A stretch of 10,829 nt of DNA from assembly GCF_006345805.1 (NCBI RefSeq), contig NW_021827247.1:1-10829 (forward strand). Reading direction: 5' to 3'. The stretch comes from Octopus sinensis (lineage: Eukaryota). The position numbers and the translations under genes were made by a program. Positions 8,283 through 10,829 of the stretch are shown here, piece after piece. The stretch's first letter is position 1, and each line of letters starts with the position of its first letter. The notes under the pieces are model-generated. The model searched no databases and was not told the origin of the DNA. It saw only the letters and a program-made list of their open reading frames with translations.

Positions 8283-8328
8283 AACTACTACTACTACTAC
8301 TAGTAGTAGTAGTAGTAGTAGTAGTAGT

Positions 8329-8362
<34 letters not shown>

Positions 8363-8410
8363 TAGTAGTAGTAGTAGTAGTAGTTGTTGTTGTTGTTGTT
8401 GTTGTTGTTG
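8250..8410. repeat. Compound trinucleotide repeat ATT-ACT-AGT-AGC-AGT-GTT
   Basis: Directly visible. Confidence 0.95.
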
Positions 8411-8481
8411 CGTTATGCTATTATAAATTACTATTATTCTTATTCTTATTCTTATTATTGTTCATTTTTTGTATTTTTCAG

Positions 8482-8727
8482 TATGTACGATCATGTCTAA
8501 AGAAGTTTTCGCTGTTTTCGGAAAGGCAAACACGTCAATGCTTGCTACAGTCAAGTCGTACAGTAACACATTTCAGATTCCATATCTGACTACAAGTATG
8601 GCGATGAATACTTCAGACCCAACACCTTATATACTCTTCCTCCGACCTATGTATGTAAAGGCCATTGTTGATTTGATACACCATTTTCAATGGGATGTTG
8701 TTCACTATGTCTATATATCCAATGAAG
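8482..8727 (+). CDS. Internal exon (246 nt, phase 1 to phase 1) of an ionotropic glutamate receptor, AMPA/non-NMDA-like, amino-terminal domain
   Basis: Acceptor is ttttttgtatttttcAG (AG 8480-8481) and donor is G|GTAGGT (GT 8728-8729). The translation xCTIMSKEVFAVFGKANTSMLATVKSYSNTFQIPYLTTSM…YILFLRPMYVKAIVDLIHHFQWDVVHYVYISNE(G) aligns by eye with the AMPA receptor ATD pattern (FCSQFSRGVYAIFG…SFCGTLHVSFITPS…MRP…LIEYYQWDKFAYLYDSDRG). Confidence 0.93.
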
Positions 8728-9076
8728 GTAGGTAGAAATGATATTATTACGTGCTACATGTTTCATGCTAAATACTGCATATTATCACATAATATATAGG
8801 TTCACCCTTTCTTTTCCATTTACCTTCTATGTGGGGTTCCTTTCTGCTCTTTCTTTTCTTCTCTCACTGTGTCTCTTTCTTTCTTCCTTCCTTTCTTTCT
8901 TTCTTTCTTTCTTGTTCTCTCTCTCTCTCTCTCTCTCCTCTCTGCTTATTCTTTCTCTCGGTGTGTAGGACTCTCTTTGTCTGTCTATGTCTCTGTCTCT
9001 CTCTCTCTCTCTCTCCATTATATATGTATGTGTGTATATCTGCACATTCATAAATACTTATATGCATGTATGTATT

Positions 9077-9110
<34 letters not shown>

Positions 9111-9132
9111 TGTATATATATATATATGTGTG

Positions 9133-9164
<32 letters not shown>

Positions 9165-10376
9165 TGTATATCTGTCTCTTTGTCTCTCTCCGTTCTACAT
9201 TACTCATTTTAGTTAGTTCTCACTTTTTATCATGCCATTCCTTCTAAAGCAACCTCCATTAACTTGTTTCTCTCTCTCTTTTTCACACACATACACAGTC
9301 TCTGTCTGTCTCTCCTCTCTCTCTCTCTCTGTGTCTCTCTCTCTCTCTTTAATTCCCTCTCTGTTTTATTTTCTCTCCCTCTCGTATTTTCTCTCTCTTA
9401 CACCATCTCACTTCCCTTCTCATTCTCGTTCTCTTTTTCTCTCTTCCTCTCTCCATCACCCTGCTTCTTTCTTTTCCACTCTTTTTCTTTATCTACTTCA
9501 TCAGCTATGATATTTCGGATAAACTACTCCTTTTCAAATGTGTTAAAAGAGCAAGAGAAAGCGAGTAGAAAATAGGTCGATTAGAGTGACTTGCCGGTTC
9601 AAGAGGCCATCCCAGTTCACTTATATTCCTTTTCTTTCTTCTCTCTTCCTATCTCTCTTTCTCCCCTTCTCTCCCTCTCTCCCCTCTTCCTCTCTCCCTC
9701 TCTCCCATGTTCTCTGTTTCCCTCTCACTCATTTTTCCTTGTTTCACTTTCTTTCATCCTCGTCCTATAGCTATTTCCATTTTCTCTCTTTTTTCTCCTT
9801 CTCTTCTCTCGATCTATTTCACCCCCTCTCCCTTTCCCTCTTTTTCTCTATCATTCTCTTTCTCTTCTTTCTCCCTCCTTGTCACACTTTGAGGCCCCCA
9901 TTTCCTCCCTTTTACTGTTCTTTCTGTCACATTACTCCGTCTCTCTCTCTTTCTCTCCACTCTCCTTCCCTCTCTCTCCTCTTTCTATTTCTCTTTCTCT
10001 CACTCTTTCTCTACCCCTCTCTCCCCTCTCCCTCTCCCCTCCCCTTTCTCTCTCTACTCCTCTCCTCTTTCACTCTGCCCTTCTCACGCCCCTCTTTCTC
10101 ATATTCTGTCTCTCTCTCTTTCCCTCTCTGTCCCTCTCACCATCTCTCTCACCTCTCTACCCCCTTCTCTTCTCTCTCTCTCTGCTCCTCAGACTCCCCG
10201 CTTCCTCTCCCTCTGATTCTCTCCCTCTCTATGTACCTCTCCCTCTGTATCTCGCTCCCTCTCAGTCTCTCTCCTGCTCTCTTTCCTCCTTTCTCTCCCT
10301 CTCTCTTTCACTTTCACTTTCTCTGTGCTTCAAAGTCCTAATTCTCCCTTCTTTATCCTCATTTTCTCAATGTCAG
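8728..10376 (+). other. GT-AG intron (1649 nt), mostly a CT-rich low-complexity tract with a (TATG)n block near 9065-9170
   Basis: Bounded by GTAGGT and TCAG, and removing it restores the reading frame of the two exons. Confidence 0.88.
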
Positions 10377-10573
10377 GTCTGATGCGAGTACAGCAGCTGT
10401 TTCAGGTGATGGGAAAAAGTGAACACCAGGTTACACTTAATGTGAAACGTGCGACCGACGTCAACAGTAGCTACGCTATTCTCAAAGATTTGCATGAAAA
10501 AGAACCTGAAATAAATTTCCACACAGTACTGGACATGTCCATTCAAATGGCCAGTAATTTAATGAAGCAATTA
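10377..10573 (+). CDS. Next internal exon (197 nt, phase 1 to phase 0) of the same glutamate receptor
   Basis: A long pyrimidine tract, candidate branch CTAAT (10338-10342) and acceptor tgtcAG (10375-10376) precede it, and the donor is GTAAGT at 10574. G from the previous exon plus GT gives Gly in frame. The translation GLMRVQQLFQVMGKSEHQVTLNVKRATDVNSSYAILKDLHEKEPEINFHTVLDMSIQMASNLMKQL fits the AMPA ATD segment GLSTLQAVLD…YRSLFQDLE…RVILDCE…IVDQ. Confidence 0.9.
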
Positions 10574-10767
10574 GTAAGTATTGTCTCTTAATTTACGGTC
10601 GTCATCATCATCACCATCAGCATCATGACTTGCACTAAATTTACCGATCTTGTGTCAAAACATCACAAATTCCCAGTTATGTCTTGTTCTCGGAAATGGG
10701 ACTGTGAAGTTCTGGAAACGTCAAATTCGTGAAATGTAGATTTAGGAGTGGCTTTGTGGCAAGTATA

Positions 10768-10829
10768 GGCACAGGAGTGGCTGTGTGGTAAGTAGCTTGC
10801 TTACCAACCACATGTTTCCGGGTTCAGTC
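10768..10829 (+). mobile_element. 5' tRNA-derived head of a family B SINE, running off the window
   Basis: GGCACAGGAGTGGCTGTGTGGTAAG (A-box-like TGGCTGTGTGG) … GGGTTCAGTC (start of the B box). Confidence 0.82.

Noticed and set aside
8738-10382. Long S/L/F/P-rich ORFs, including the 251-aa one
   Set aside because: CT-rich tracts lack stop codons by composition, and these ORFs lie inside the spliced intron.
10702-10725. CTGTGAAG…GAAACGTC as a second hammerhead
   Set aside because: The core is missing a base and there is no stem I pairing or credible stem II.
1-10829. Prokaryote-style novel system (operon, defence island, CRISPR)
   Set aside because: The window is clearly eukaryotic intron/exon sequence with no compact genes or repeat-spacer array.

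Overview
This is AT-rich, microsatellite-saturated eukaryotic DNA, mostly intron. The repeat families resemble octopus (coleoid cephalopod) SINEs as I recall them, so the organism is an inference. The only supportable coding sequence is two spliced + strand exons (8482-8727 and 10377-10573). They join in frame (…YISNE-G-LMRVQQL…) and encode part of the amino-terminal (LIVBP-like) domain of a non-NMDA, AMPA-like ionotropic glutamate receptor. No upstream exon is visible, so 1-8481 is probably one long intron. That intron holds at least three tRNA-derived SINE families (monomers, a dimer, and a trimer with a target-site duplication nested inside another SINE). It also holds one end of a Tigger/pogo-like DNA element, a Penelope-type repeat with a degenerate minimal hammerhead-ribozyme fold, a unique GATA-motif-dense and self-complementary segment, and many simple repeats. 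Nearly all other ORFs in the track are translations of microsatellites.
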